From positions 115,337-179,336 of the forward strand of contig CANCYS010000003.1 of NCBI GenBank assembly GCA_947382485.1: a DNA stretch of 64,000 nt. Reading direction: 5' to 3'. Under the pieces are notes generated by a model that worked only from the letters and a program-made list of their open reading frames with translations, searched no databases and had not been told where the DNA came from. How positions within the stretch are numbered: position 1 is the stretch's first letter; every line of letters begins with the position of its first letter. The DNA is from an uncultured Clostridia bacterium. Its GTDB lineage: Bacteria; Bacillota; Clostridia; Christensenellales; UBA1242. The translations under genes and the position numbers were made by a program. Below, piece by piece: positions 1-10,757 of this stretch.

Positions 1-975
1 ATACAAAAAATCAATACGAACAATTCCATGTAAGTTTAAAGACTTAAAAATCTTAGATGCTAAAAATTTAATTCTATCTCTTAGTTCATCTGGTATATCT
101 GCTGGCAATTTTCTTGATTGACTTGCCATAGAATTTTTTAATGAATTATCAATCTTAGACGTCTTTCCTGTTCCATCAGATAGATATTTATCAGAAAAAG
201 ATAAAATTTCATGTTGCTTTAATGGCTCATCAATTTCAGAAACTTCAAATTTTTCTGTATCACCTATTACAGCAACATTGAATTCTCTTGCCCCAGCAAT
301 ATATCTTTCAACAATAACTTCATTGTCAAATTCAAATGCATCAACAATCATATTTTCAAATTCAGATAAATCTTTTGCAACAAAAAGACCAATTGAACTT
401 CCTCCATTATTCTGTTTAATAACAACAGGAAATTTTAAAAATCTAAGTTTAAAGTAAACATCTTTTTTAAAATTTTCAAAATCAAATTTTGAAATTCTAA
501 TGCCCCTAACAGTCGGAATATCTAATCCCTTCATAACTTGCTTAAAAAGATACTTATTCATACAAATTGAAAGTGCCATACTTCCACCTGCGGAACAAGA
601 TATACCAAAACATTCAAAAAATGATTCCAATCTTCCGTCTTCACCAATTCCACCATGACAACAAATAATTGCTTCACTAACAGTTAAATATTCTTTAATA
701 CCAAACAATGTCTTTACGAACAATCTATTATTTTCACCACTAACAAAAGAAACTTCTAAAAATTTTTTACTTTTAGAATCAAATGAACTTAATGCAAAAT
801 CTTTCAAATTGAACTTGTTATTTTTATATATATAAAACTTGTTATCTCTTGAAATATAAAGTAAAACCAAATTTAAATCTTTTATTTTAGTTTTGTTATA
901 AATTTGAGATGCAGTCACCACTGAAATATCATGTTCATAAGATTTCCCACCAAACACAAGTAAAACATTTTTCAT
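1..975 (-). CDS. ddl: D-alanine--D-alanine ligase family protein (3' end outside window)
   Basis: Not in ORF track. Hand translation from ATG at 975 gives MKNVLLVFGGKSYEHDISVVTASQ, later CHGGIGEDG and GSSIG (ATP-grasp Ddl motifs); GGGGG RBS; lies downstream of murF. Confidence 0.9.
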   Translation of the reverse strand, partial: MKNVLLVFGGKSYEHDISVVTASQIYNKTKIKDLNLVLLYISRDNKFYIYKNNKFNLKDFALSSFDSKSKKFLEVSFVSGENNRLFVKTLFGIKEYLTVSEAIICCHGGIGEDGRLESFFECFGISCSAGGSMALSICMNKYLFKQVMKGLDIPTVRGIRISKFDFENFKKDVYFKLRFLKFPVVIKQNNGGSSIGLFVAKDLSEFENMIVDAFEFDNEVIVERYIAGAREFNVAVIGDTEKFEVSEIDEPLKQHEILSFSDKYLSDGTGKTSKIDNSLKNSMASQSRKLPADIPDELRDRIKFLASKIFKSLNLHGIVRIDFLY

Positions 976-1032
976 AATATACCCCCAAATTATATTATGA
1001 AAAATTTCTATTAATTGTTAATTTTGCATAAG

Positions 1033-1058
1033 AAAAACGAAGAACATTCTTCGTTTTT
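1033..1058. terminator. intrinsic terminator-like hairpin between murF and ddl
   Basis: aaaaacgaagaa-ca-ttcttcgttttt inverted repeat with A/T tails. Confidence 0.7.
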
Positions 1059-1065
1059 AATATTT

Positions 1066-2718
1066 TTATGAATAATTATCAGGCAAATCATTTTCAAATA
1101 AAACAACATCATTTGATTCAGCCAAAGTATTAACAATCTGAACAGCCTGAGTTAAATTTCCTGCTTGATAAATATTATTTTCATCAAAACCAGCAAATGA
1201 TAAACCAGCAGATATTGCATCATAATTTATAGAACTATCAATTATAACATATGAACAAACCGCAGCCATGTCAATGCCAAATTGAAAGTTTGCATTAAAT
1301 TGTTCAGTTCCAAGTTCAACAAGTCCAGGAGTAATAACAATTTTCTTTCCAGTAAATTTTGATAACACATCTAAACTTGCCTTACTTCCCTCAACAGAAC
1401 TATTATACGCATCATCAATAATAGTATATTGACTTGTTGATTTAATAATTTCAAGTCTGTGTGGAACTGTTACAAGTTTAGAAATTCCAGCAGAAATTTC
1501 TTTTAATGTAAGCCCCAAATCCACCGCAACACGACTAGCAAGTAATATGTTTGAAATATTATGATTTCCAAGTAAAATTGTTTTACAATTAACTCTCTCG
1601 CCATTGTAACAAAGTTCAAATGAAGAACCTGTCTTAGTTGTTTTAACATTTTCAACAAAAATCTCATTTTTATTAGAATTTAATGAAATTTGTTTAGAAT
1701 TATTGAATTTTTCTGCGATTTTTTGTGCTTTTTCAGAATCTGTATTTATATACAATTTACCATTATTATCTGTAACATATTCGGCAAGTTCAGCCTTTGT
1801 TTGAGCAATTGCTTCAAGTGAACCAAAAGTAAGTAAATGTTGATTTCCAATTCCAGTTATAACACCCACAGAAGGCTTAACCATGAAACATAATTCTTTA
1901 ATATCGTTTCTCTGTTTTGCACCCATTTCAGCAATAAAAATTTCATCTGTTTTTTCTAATTTTGAAAGTATAGTTTTTGCAAGACCAAGTGGCGTATTAT
2001 AACTTGAAGGTGTTATACAAACTTTATATTTCTCTGACAAAATTGTACCAAGAATTCTCTTAACTGTCGTCTTTCCATATGAACCAGTAATACCAATAAC
2101 TTTCAAATCATTCATAGAATAAAGTTTCTTTTTAGACTTTTTAATATATGAATTTGAAATCAACTTCTCTATTGGATAAGTTATATAATAAGAAATAAAT
2201 ACAATAAGCGGAAGTATGATTGGTACAATTCCAACAAGTGTATATGACAAATATGGAATAAATCTTAAACCAACATATTCAATTGCCCAAGAAGTAATGA
2301 ATACTATAACTGAATAAACACAAACAAGTCTAGTCATTCGCTTTGTGTATTTAAGTGGTGTTTTTTGCTTTGCTGTAAAAAGATTTGTAATGAATAGTGA
2401 GCAAAACAAAATGAAAAACAAAATCGCAACATAATAAAACACTCTAACTGTAAAAAATTCACTAAGCAAAACATTTGTTATAAGCATTGAAGATAGCGAC
2501 AAAAATGAAAGCATAAACAATCTTGAAATATAAGAATATTTTGTCTCTTTAAACCAACTCACATATCCACTAACCTTATAACCAGTAAGTTGAAGCATCT
2601 GTAATAATTTATATCCGACAAAAACCATTAAAACAGTCGTAAGAACCGCAATAGTCGTTATCATCACAAAGTCAACTCCACTTTCCAGTTTCAAAGCTGA
2701 AACTAATTTTTCAAACAT
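1066..2718 (-). CDS. murF: UDP-N-acetylmuramoyl-tripeptide--D-Ala-D-Ala ligase (MurF) with N-terminal multi-TM domain
   Basis: GITGSYGKTT, AEMGA, DDAYNS and ENDLPDNY Mur-ligase motifs; about 185 hydrophobic N-terminal residues. Confidence 0.88.
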   Translation of the reverse strand: MFEKLVSALKLESGVDFVMITTIAVLTTVLMVFVGYKLLQMLQLTGYKVSGYVSWFKETKYSYISRLFMLSFLSLSSMLITNVLLSEFFTVRVFYYVAILFFILFCSLFITNLFTAKQKTPLKYTKRMTRLVCVYSVIVFITSWAIEYVGLRFIPYLSYTLVGIVPIILPLIVFISYYITYPIEKLISNSYIKKSKKKLYSMNDLKVIGITGSYGKTTVKRILGTILSEKYKVCITPSSYNTPLGLAKTILSKLEKTDEIFIAEMGAKQRNDIKELCFMVKPSVGVITGIGNQHLLTFGSLEAIAQTKAELAEYVTDNNGKLYINTDSEKAQKIAEKFNNSKQISLNSNKNEIFVENVKTTKTGSSFELCYNGERVNCKTILLGNHNISNILLASRVAVDLGLTLKEISAGISKLVTVPHRLEIIKSTSQYTIIDDAYNSSVEGSKASLDVLSKFTGKKIVITPGLVELGTEQFNANFQFGIDMAAVCSYVIIDSSINYDAISAGLSFAGFDENNIYQAGNLTQAVQIVNTLAESNDVVLFENDLPDNYS

Positions 2719-2741
2719 ATAATAACCTCAAATTTATTTTA

Positions 2742-3461
2742 TTAATTTTTGACAAAAGTGTCAAGAAGAATAAGAAACTCACTAGGATTATCCAAAAATG
2801 AATAATGCCCTGCACCTTTAATAATATGCAAATAAGAATTTTTGATTAACTTATTTAACTTTTTAGCCATATATAATTTTGTATCTAAATCATTATCTCC
2901 CCAAACAATGAGAGTTTTACATTTAATATATTTAGCGTTACAAGATAAATCCTCATTTACAACATTCACAAAAGTTCTTTTCATAACATTACACAAAACT
3001 TTATAATCTGATGAACCACATTCTTTTAACTTTGCTTTAAACTTGTCATTTTTTTCTGCCAACTTTTTTAATCGTTTATATCTATGAATTTTAAAATAAT
3101 AGCTAAGTCCTCTCCTAGGTTTAATACCAGCAGCATCAACTAAACAAATTTTAAAACCTTCAAACTCCATTTGATGTAAAAAAGCAAACTTAATAGCAAC
3201 TCGACCACCAAAAGAATGCCCCACTAAAACAATATCTTTTGCATTTAACATTTTAATAAGTTCATATAATTCTTCAACATAATCTTTTACAAAAAAAGGG
3301 GTTTCAGGTTTTTCAGATTCTCCAAATCCTGAAAAGTCAACAAATACTAAACTAAAATTTTCTAAGTAATTTTTAACCCATAAAAATGAACTTTTGTCAG
3401 CACCCCAACCATGAAGAAAAAAGATAAATTTATCAGAATTTCCAACTCTAATATATTTCAT
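2742..3461 (-). CDS. alpha/beta hydrolase
   Basis: HGWG, GHSFGG nucleophile elbow, WGDND, GAGH. Confidence 0.9.
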   Translation of the reverse strand: MKYIRVGNSDKFIFFLHGWGADKSSFLWVKNYLENFSLVFVDFSGFGESEKPETPFFVKDYVEELYELIKMLNAKDIVLVGHSFGGRVAIKFAFLHQMEFEGFKICLVDAAGIKPRRGLSYYFKIHRYKRLKKLAEKNDKFKAKLKECGSSDYKVLCNVMKRTFVNVVNEDLSCNAKYIKCKTLIVWGDNDLDTKLYMAKKLNKLIKNSYLHIIKGAGHYSFLDNPSEFLILLDTFVKN

Positions 3462-3473
3462 ATCAACATTAAA

Positions 3474-3911
3474 TCAAATTAGTTCTTTCTTCATTAAAAT
3501 AGCATCATTATCGCCATAATAATTTTTTCTTTTTCCATATTCGGAAAAGCCGTATTTCTTATACAAATTTATCGCTTTGTTATTTATTCTATTCACTTCA
3601 AGTAGTATTGTGTCACAACCATAATCAATCGCAATTTTAATAAACTCATTCATTAAAATATTAGACAAGCCTTTTCCTTGAAAATTTTTATCAATTGCTA
3701 TTGAATATAACTCTGCCTCAGGAGATAAAATTTTACATTCAAAAAAACCAATAACTTTGTCACTTTCAATTAATATATAATAATTTAAACATTCACTTTC
3801 AATAGTTTTTAAAATCGTTTGTTCATTAGCATTTCCCATTAAATCATTTTCAATTTCATAAACTTGATGAACAAAACACTCACTCATTTTCTCAACAGAA
3901 TAATCACTCAT
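3474..3911 (-). CDS. rimI: ribosomal protein S18 alanine N-acetyltransferase (GNAT)
   Basis: QGKG, LEV..N..AINLY..GF, RKNYY motifs; follows tsaB; start moved to MSDYSV. Confidence 0.85.
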   Translation of the reverse strand: MSDYSVEKMSECFVHQVYEIENDLMGNANEQTILKTIESECLNYYILIESDKVIGFFECKILSPEAELYSIAIDKNFQGKGLSNILMNEFIKIAIDYGCDTILLEVNRINNKAINLYKKYGFSEYGKRKNYYGDNDAILMKKELI

Positions 3912-3912
3912 A

Positions 3913-4557
3913 TCACTTTCCACTTAATCTTTTTGTTCTTTCAATCTCTGCTTGCGATGCTCTTAAATATATAGGATTAATTTCATTCAAATTAACAAAT
4001 TGACTATTTTTAAATTTATCTATAAAACACAAAATTGTATTATTTTTAGCAAAATCCGATTGAATTTGATTGATTTTTAATAAATTTTGCATTTTTTCAC
4101 TCTGAATATAAACTTTAAAACTTTCAGATTTAGATTTGTATTTTTCTATAAATTCATCAATTTTAATACAATCATCAAAATAGTTATCTCCATCAATTTC
4201 TCTAACATAAATATTATCTGAAAATCCATCTAAAATATAAAATGCTTTTTCAATATTGCCAAATGAATAAATTTCAAAATTTGAAGCAGTGCAAATTTTT
4301 ATATTGTTTGTAATAGAAAGTCCTTTACAAATTGAAACAGCAACTCTAATTCCCGTAAAACTTCCTGGCCCAACACAAACACCAATAAAGTCTAAATCAT
4401 TAACTTTCAAATCCAATTTGCTTAATAAATTATCAACGCAGACCAAAAGTTCATCTGTATGTTTTTTTTGATTTTCATCAATAAAACTTTCAACTTCATC
4501 ACCCTTTAAAACATAAACTGACATTCCTTTTGAACAATCTAAAATCAAACTTCTCAT
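3913..4557 (-). CDS. tsaB: tRNA threonylcarbamoyladenosine biosynthesis protein TsaB
   Basis: GPGSFTGIR motif; C-terminal PIYLRASQAE. Confidence 0.93.
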   Translation of the reverse strand: MRSLILDCSKGMSVYVLKGDEVESFIDENQKKHTDELLVCVDNLLSKLDLKVNDLDFIGVCVGPGSFTGIRVAVSICKGLSITNNIKICTASNFEIYSFGNIEKAFYILDGFSDNIYVREIDGDNYFDDCIKIDEFIEKYKSKSESFKVYIQSEKMQNLLKINQIQSDFAKNNTILCFIDKFKNSQFVNLNEINPIYLRASQAEIERTKRLSGK

Positions 4558-4979
4558 TATCTTTCAATCCTTATAAGTCTTTCTTCATCACTCACTTTTT
4601 TTATATAAACTTTAATTGTTTTTTTATCAAAATATCCTTCAATTCTACTCGGCCATTCAACCAAAGAAATACCATCAGAATAAAAATATTCTTCTGCCCC
4701 AATAGCATCTAATTCCGACACATCCGTAATTCGGTATAAATCAAAATGATATACTACTGGATTTGATTGATAAACATTAACAATAACAAATGTTGGTGAA
4801 ATTGCTGTTAATTTACCATCTGAAAGTTTTGAAACTACACCCTTAGAAAAAACTGTTTTACCCGCACCCAAATCACCATCTAGTAAAACAATATCCCCAA
4901 CAAAAAGACTGTCAGCAAATTTTTCTGCAACAGCAAAAGTTTCCTTTTCCGATTTTGTAATATATTCCTCAACCATCAT
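4557..4979 (-). CDS. tsaE: t6A biosynthesis ATPase TsaE
   Basis: GDLGAGKT, SPTF, HFDLYR, VEW motifs. Confidence 0.95.
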   Translation of the reverse strand: MMVEEYITKSEKETFAVAEKFADSLFVGDIVLLDGDLGAGKTVFSKGVVSKLSDGKLTAISPTFVIVNVYQSNPVVYHFDLYRITDVSELDAIGAEEYFYSDGISLVEWPSRIEGYFDKKTIKVYIKKVSDEERLIRIER

Positions 4980-4987
4980 TCACCACT

Positions 4988-5662
4988 TTAAATAACATGA
5001 CTTGTACCAATTCGATTGGCTCCAAGATTAATTAAATTAACTGCCTGTTCCCTTGTTCTGATTCCACCAGAGGCTTTTATCTTACACTTTCCTGCAACTT
5101 CTCTATGAATCAATGAAATAATATGTTCAGTTGCTCCACCAGTACCAAAACCAGTTGATGTCTTAATATAGTCAATTTTAGATTTCACACATGCACTGCA
5201 TATACTTAATAACTCATTTTCATCAAAATAACATGTTTCAATAATCGCTTTTACTATACGTTTTTTTGCTAGCTTTTTAATACTAGCAAGTTCCTCTTGA
5301 ATGAAACGATAATTTCCACTTTTTGCCTTACCAATATTAATAACAACATCAACCTCATCTGCACCATCTTTAATTGCAAGCACAGCTTCATCAACCTTAA
5401 TTTGAGTTAAATTTGCTCCAAGAGGAAAACCAATAACAGTCACCACTTTCAATTCACCACCCAAATTCTGTAAGATATATCCTTTTGCGTAGGACACATT
5501 AATAGGATTGACACAAACACTATAATATTGATTTTTATATGCAATATCGCACAATTTTTCAATATCTGCATTAGTTGCCCTTGCATCAAGTAATGTAAAA
5601 TCAACCATAGAATTTACATTAATAGCATTTGAGTTATTTTTTGACTGTACATTATCAAACAT
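4988..5662 (-). CDS. deoC: deoxyribose-phosphate aldolase
   Basis: VIGFPLGA, GADEVD, IKTSTGF, KASGGIR, RIGTS. Confidence 0.95.
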   Translation of the reverse strand: MFDNVQSKNNSNAINVNSMVDFTLLDARATNADIEKLCDIAYKNQYYSVCVNPINVSYAKGYILQNLGGELKVVTVIGFPLGANLTQIKVDEAVLAIKDGADEVDVVINIGKAKSGNYRFIQEELASIKKLAKKRIVKAIIETCYFDENELLSICSACVKSKIDYIKTSTGFGTGGATEHIISLIHREVAGKCKIKASGGIRTREQAVNLINLGANRIGTSHVI

Positions 5663-5747
5663 TTGTCACTCCTACATGCTTATATAATATCACAACAAAA
5701 CTATTTTTCAAACTTATATTTTATATTGATTTGTAAATAATTGTATT

Positions 5748-6605
5748 ATGACGAAAACAAAATTAGCAATTATTCTTGATAATATTTTTATTTCTATAAT
5801 CAGTTTTATAGTATTATCATTATGGCTAAATAAATATATAAAAAATGCAATTTACTCACTAATTATATCAATAATCCTTTCAATTTTACTTTTTATAATA
5901 CTTCTCAAACATTCTTTAAAAAAACATAACATTCTTACACTAAAAAATAAGGATTTAAAATTTGCCGAAAAATGTTTTGAAGAATTATTATTTACCAACC
6001 AAAAATCCACAATATCTTATTTTGAAAAACTATTAAACGCTTCACACATAAAAAACAATATTTTCTCAAATGAAAAATCATATTTTTATGTAAATGTAAA
6101 ACTTCCACTAACAAATATTGACTTTGTTATTGCTAACGAGTTTTATTTAGAAAATGACAAAGGTAAACCTTTAATTTTCATTTGTAAAAATACAGATAAA
6201 TCATTTGACGATCTTAACAACTCTTCTCCTATTTCTTTTAACACATATACATCAATTGAATTATTTTCACTTATGAAAGAAACTAATATTTTTCCAATAG
6301 ACATTAATACTAATAAAAAATCAACTTTAAATATTAAAAAACTTAGAAACAAATTTTCAACATCATTAAACAGAAAACAATTTAAAAATTTCTTAATCTC
6401 TGGACTTTCACTTATTATTTTATCCATCTTCATACCCTATTCATATTATTATTTGTTCTTTGGAAGTTTGCTTTTAATTTTCTCAATAATATGCCTATTT
6501 AATAAAAATAATAAAATTGAGCCAATTAAGGAAGAGTTAAAGAATCATGTATTGTTAGAAAATTCATTAGAAACAAAAATTGACAAAAATGATGAAATTA
6601 AATGA
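5748..6605 (+). CDS. hypothetical membrane protein (2 N-terminal and 2 C-terminal TM segments)
   Basis: 285-aa ORF with hydrophobic segments at both ends; followed by a bidirectional terminator. Confidence 0.7.
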   Translation: MTKTKLAIILDNIFISIISFIVLSLWLNKYIKNAIYSLIISIILSILLFIILLKHSLKKHNILTLKNKDLKFAEKCFEELLFTNQKSTISYFEKLLNASHIKNNIFSNEKSYFYVNVKLPLTNIDFVIANEFYLENDKGKPLIFICKNTDKSFDDLNNSSPISFNTYTSIELFSLMKETNIFPIDINTNKKSTLNIKKLRNKFSTSLNRKQFKNFLISGLSLIILSIFIPYSYYYLFFGSLLLIFSIICLFNKNNKIEPIKEELKNHVLLENSLETKIDKNDEIK

Positions 6606-6632
6606 TTTATGATATATTTTTACATATTAAAT

Positions 6633-6660
6633 AAAAAATGATGCAAATGCATCATTTTTT
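6633..6660. terminator. bidirectional intrinsic terminator
   Basis: aaaaaatgatgca-aa-tgcatcatttttt between convergent genes. Confidence 0.8.
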
Positions 6661-6661
6661 A

Positions 6662-9037
6662 TTATAAACGAATTTCAAGTTGATTTTTTGTTAAAAACTC
6701 AACAAAATCATTTCTAAATTTTTCAATTTCCTCACCACTAAGTGTATGATCAAAACTAGAAAGATTAAATCTAAGAGTAACTGATTTTTTATTGCCTAAT
6801 GTTTCCTTGTTTTGATAAATATCAACCAAACTATAACCAGATAAAATCTTTGATTTGAATTTACTTAATATATTAGTAAGTTCAATATATTTCATATCTT
6901 CATTGCAAAGAATATTAAAATCAACATCAACTGCTTGATATTTAGAAACATTTTTAATTTTCTTTGTTTGCTTTACAGAATTTGCAAGTTTCTCAAAATC
7001 AATTTCAAGAGCAACCACATTAAATCTCTTATCAATAGACTTTTTAACTTCTGGATGAATTACACCAAGATATCCATAGTCAGCAGTGTGAGATTTAATC
7101 CTAAATGAATTCACTGGATGTAAATAGCCAACAGTATCACCTTCTTCAAGCATAAGTTGAACACCCATAACATTGCTTGCAATATCAAATATTGCAGTTT
7201 TCATTTCTGTAAAAAGTTCCAACTCAGACTTATTTTGACTTGCAAATAAAATAGAAAGTTTCTTATTTTCAATACAATTATTTTCATCGTCAAGTCCCGA
7301 AACAACTCTTCCAATTTCAAAAACTCTAACATCTTCATAATAGTTTTTATTTTCATCTAAACATCTAAGCATAGTTGGAATAAGTTCACTGCGAATTCCA
7401 CTTTGACCAGCATTAGAAGAATCTAACAATGAAACATAAGATTTGCTTTCAATCTTATTTATCTTATTAAAATCTTCATAATTCCATAAATAAGAATGAA
7501 TTTCATTTGCATTATATTTTTCTGCAAGTAAAAGTTTTGTATCATATTCATATTCAATAGATTTAATAAGTTTTTGTGGTTCACAATCAAAAGCAAGTGG
7601 AAGTGGCTGAATATTATCATAACCATAAAGTCTCGCAACTTCTTCAACTAAGTCTTCTTTAATAGAAACATCTTTTGTTGCCCTAAAACTTGGAACATCA
7701 ACAACTAAAATGCCATTTTGTTCTTTAACACCAAATTCAAGAGCAGTCAAAGTCTTTATAATAAATTCCTTTGAAATATCAGTTCCAACTATTTTTGAAA
7801 TAAATTTTGGGTCAAGTTCAATTTGAACTTTATCATAATGTTTCTTATAACAATCACTAAGACATGCCGTAACTTTAACATTTTCATCAATTTTCATAAG
7901 TAAATATAAAATTCTAGCAAGTGCCACAGGTGTAAGTTCTGGATCTAATGATTTTTCATATCTTTGAGAGGCATCAGTTAAAAGACCAATGCTCCTTGAT
8001 GTTTTTCTAACATTTTCACAATCAAACACAGCAGCCTCAAATAAAACAGAGTTTGTTTCATCAGTAATACCAGATTTAAGTCCACCCTTAATTCCCGCAA
8101 TAGCAACTGGTGTTTTATCTTTGTCAGCAATAATCATTGCATTTTTAGGAAGTTTGTGTTCTTCCCCTTCAAGCGTAAGCATTGTCATATTACCATCAGA
8201 TTCAATAACATTAATTCCAGTAACTAGTTTATTATCAAAAGCGTGCATTGGAAGTCCCAAATCCAACATAACATAATTAGTTAAATCTGCAAGAAGATTA
8301 ATATCTCTCATTCCAGCATAGTTTAACCTAATTGCCATTTCTCTTGTAGACTTCTTTTCATTAATATTTTCAACTGAAATTGAAGAATATCTAAAACAAT
8401 TATCAGTTAAAATATTAACACTTATTGGTTTTAATGAAGAATATTCATTCAAATCAACAACTGGCATTTTTCTAAGTTCTCTACCAAAAATTGCTGCAAA
8501 TTCCCTAGCAATTCCATAATGTCCCCAAAGGTCAGGTCTGTTAGTAAGAGATTTATTATCAATTTCAAGAACCACATCATCAATTGGCCAAACATTTTTT
8601 ATATCTTCACCAATCTTAACAGGTTCTTTAATATCCATAATTCCATCATCATCGCTACCAATACCAAGTTCTGCTTCTGCACAACACATACCAAAAGACT
8701 CAACACCTGCAAGTTTTGTTGCTTTAATTTTTCCAGCACAAACACTACCACCAACCTTACAAACTGCTGTCACCATACCTTCATAAACATTTGGTGCTCC
8801 ACAAACAATTTGTAAAACTTCGTCACCCACATCAACTTTAAGAAGATGCAAATGATCAGATTGTGGCATATTATCAACACTCAAAATTTTACCAAAAACA
8901 ACATTATTAATATTTTTACCTTTAAACTCAACTCCCTCAATTTCTGCTGTTGAAAGATTAAATCTTTTCACAAGTTCATCAACTTCAATACCCGATAAAT
9001 CTACGTAGTCATTAATCCAATTAATTGAAATATTCAT
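6662..9037 (-). CDS. pheT: phenylalanyl-tRNA synthetase beta subunit
   Basis: QIVCGAPN, NRPDLWGHYGIARE, EEVARLYGYDNI; follows pheS. Confidence 0.97.
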   Translation of the reverse strand: MNISINWINDYVDLSGIEVDELVKRFNLSTAEIEGVEFKGKNINNVVFGKILSVDNMPQSDHLHLLKVDVGDEVLQIVCGAPNVYEGMVTAVCKVGGSVCAGKIKATKLAGVESFGMCCAEAELGIGSDDDGIMDIKEPVKIGEDIKNVWPIDDVVLEIDNKSLTNRPDLWGHYGIAREFAAIFGRELRKMPVVDLNEYSSLKPISVNILTDNCFRYSSISVENINEKKSTREMAIRLNYAGMRDINLLADLTNYVMLDLGLPMHAFDNKLVTGINVIESDGNMTMLTLEGEEHKLPKNAMIIADKDKTPVAIAGIKGGLKSGITDETNSVLFEAAVFDCENVRKTSRSIGLLTDASQRYEKSLDPELTPVALARILYLLMKIDENVKVTACLSDCYKKHYDKVQIELDPKFISKIVGTDISKEFIIKTLTALEFGVKEQNGILVVDVPSFRATKDVSIKEDLVEEVARLYGYDNIQPLPLAFDCEPQKLIKSIEYEYDTKLLLAEKYNANEIHSYLWNYEDFNKINKIESKSYVSLLDSSNAGQSGIRSELIPTMLRCLDENKNYYEDVRVFEIGRVVSGLDDENNCIENKKLSILFASQNKSELELFTEMKTAIFDIASNVMGVQLMLEEGDTVGYLHPVNSFRIKSHTADYGYLGVIHPEVKKSIDKRFNVVALEIDFEKLANSVKQTKKIKNVSKYQAVDVDFNILCNEDMKYIELTNILSKFKSKILSGYSLVDIYQNKETLGNKKSVTLRFNLSSFDHTLSGEEIEKFRNDFVEFLTKNQLEIRL

Positions 9038-9048
9038 TTTATCTCTCC

Positions 9049-10083
9049 TTACATATTAGTCTTAAATTGACTCATAATTTTTAAATTGTTGCTATTTAAA
9101 TAACGAATATCATCAAGTTTAGTCCTAATCATAACAAGTCTGTCAAAACCAAGACCAAATGCAAATCCATTATATTCATCAGGATCAATCCCAGCCATTC
9201 TTAAAACATTAGGATGAATCATTCCGCATGGACAAAGTTCAAGCCAACCAGAATTTCCACAAGTATGGCAACCTGTTCCACCACAAAATGGACACTTAGC
9301 ATCAAGTTCATAACTTGGTTCAGTAAATGGGAAAAATCCTGGACGAAGTCTAACTTCAATATCTTTTTTAAATAAAGATTTAAGCATTGCCTTTTCAAAA
9401 TAAATCAAGTTAGCAACCGTAACATTTTTTCCAACAACAACACCTTCTAATTGGAAGAAAGTATTTTCATGTCTAGCATCTAATTCTTCATTTCTAAAAA
9501 CCCTTCCAGGAAAAATTACTTTACAAACTGGACCATAAGTTCTAAGAATTCTATTTTGAGCAGCAGATGTTTGAGTTTTTAAAAGTTCCCCATTGTTAAG
9601 CCAAAAAGTATCTTGCATATCTCTTGCAGGGTGATTTTTTGGAACATTAACAGATTCAAAGTTATTATATTCAGTTTCAACTTCATTTCCATCTTCAACA
9701 ACAAAACCCATATTTTTAAATATATCACAAACTTGTTTTTGAATAATTGTCCTTGGGTGAAGTGAACCAGTTTTAGTATCAACAGGAAGCGAATAGTCAA
9801 ACATCTTAGTATTTTTAATTTCAGCATCAATAGCCTTTTGTGCTAATGAAGTTTTTATTTCTTCAATTTTTGTTTCAATCTTATTTTTAAGTGCATTAAC
9901 TTTTTGACCAAACTCTTTTTTTAGTTCAACTGGAACTTCCCTAAACTTAGCCATAATGTCAGTAATAAAGCCTTTCTTACCTAAAAATTTAACTCTCAAA
10001 CTTTCAAGAGTTTCAAGAGAATCAACACTGCTAGATTCTTCATCAAATTGTTTTTCGGTTTGATTAATATTTTCTAATTCCAT
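9049..10083 (-). CDS. pheS: phenylalanyl-tRNA synthetase alpha subunit
   Basis: HPARDMQDTF, FPFTEPS, GFAFGLGFDRL. Confidence 0.98.
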   Translation of the reverse strand: MELENINQTEKQFDEESSSVDSLETLESLRVKFLGKKGFITDIMAKFREVPVELKKEFGQKVNALKNKIETKIEEIKTSLAQKAIDAEIKNTKMFDYSLPVDTKTGSLHPRTIIQKQVCDIFKNMGFVVEDGNEVETEYNNFESVNVPKNHPARDMQDTFWLNNGELLKTQTSAAQNRILRTYGPVCKVIFPGRVFRNEELDARHENTFFQLEGVVVGKNVTVANLIYFEKAMLKSLFKKDIEVRLRPGFFPFTEPSYELDAKCPFCGGTGCHTCGNSGWLELCPCGMIHPNVLRMAGIDPDEYNGFAFGLGFDRLVMIRTKLDDIRYLNSNNLKIMSQFKTNM

Positions 10084-10154
10084 AAATTTCTCCTAAATTT
10101 ATTAATTTTCAGATGATTTTGAATATGTTTTTGCAAATATTTGCACTTTTTTGC

Positions 10155-10385
10155 AAAAAACAAAGTCTCACATCCTTATTTTTAAGGACGCAAGACTTTT
10201 GCGTGGTACCACCTTAATTCGTGAAAAACTTTCACCTCATTAACTTTAACGATAGCATAATCGAGATATATTTCTATATCCATCTCTGGTGCCGAAATTC
10301 ATTTATAAACTTTGTATTTGCTCCCAGCCAAAGGCAAACTCTCTAAACCAAAAATTTTATAAACTACTAAATCACCTTCACAGAT
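10155..10385 (-). ncRNA. T-box riboswitch (Phe, UUC specifier) upstream of pheS
   Basis: Minus strand: AGAGAG and GGCTGGGAG stem I motifs, specifier GAAUUUCGG (UUC at 10294-10296), T-box AAGGTGGTACCACGC (10201-10215), then terminator hairpin with U tract. Confidence 0.92.
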
Positions 10386-10402
10386 TTTAAAAAACTAGTT
10401 GT

Positions 10403-10431
10403 AGTCTAACATAATAAATTTTCTTTGTCAA
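10403..10431 (-). promoter_or_regulatory. sigmaA promoter for T-box/pheST
   Basis: TTGACA-17 nt-TAGACT with extended TG. Confidence 0.8.
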
Positions 10432-10459
10432 GGTTTTAAATATGCTTAAACACCAACAA

Positions 10460-10753
10460 TTAAAACTCAATATGTTTAACTCCTTTTTTAGTAGAATACT
10501 TATATAAACAAAATTTTCTACCAATAGAGCAAACTTGTTCTGCTCCGAGTTTTTCAGATGATTCAATTAAATAATCTTTTGCAGACAATTCCGCAGAATC
10601 AAGCACACTAACTTTAACCAACTCTTTTGATTCTAAACCCTTTTTAATCAATGTTAACACATTATCATTTAAACCATCTTTACCAATTATAACTGTTGCA
10701 TCTAACTTACTAGCATAACTTCTAAGTTTTGCACGTTCTTTTGAATTTAACAT
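10460..10753 (-). CDS. yhbY: YhbY/CRS1 RNA-binding protein
   Basis: LNSKERAKLRS, IGKDG, ELVKV; follows obg as is usual in Clostridia. Confidence 0.9.
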   Translation of the reverse strand: MLNSKERAKLRSYASKLDATVIIGKDGLNDNVLTLIKKGLESKELVKVSVLDSAELSAKDYLIESSEKLGAEQVCSIGRKFCLYKYSTKKGVKHIEF

Positions 10754-10757
10754 ATTT

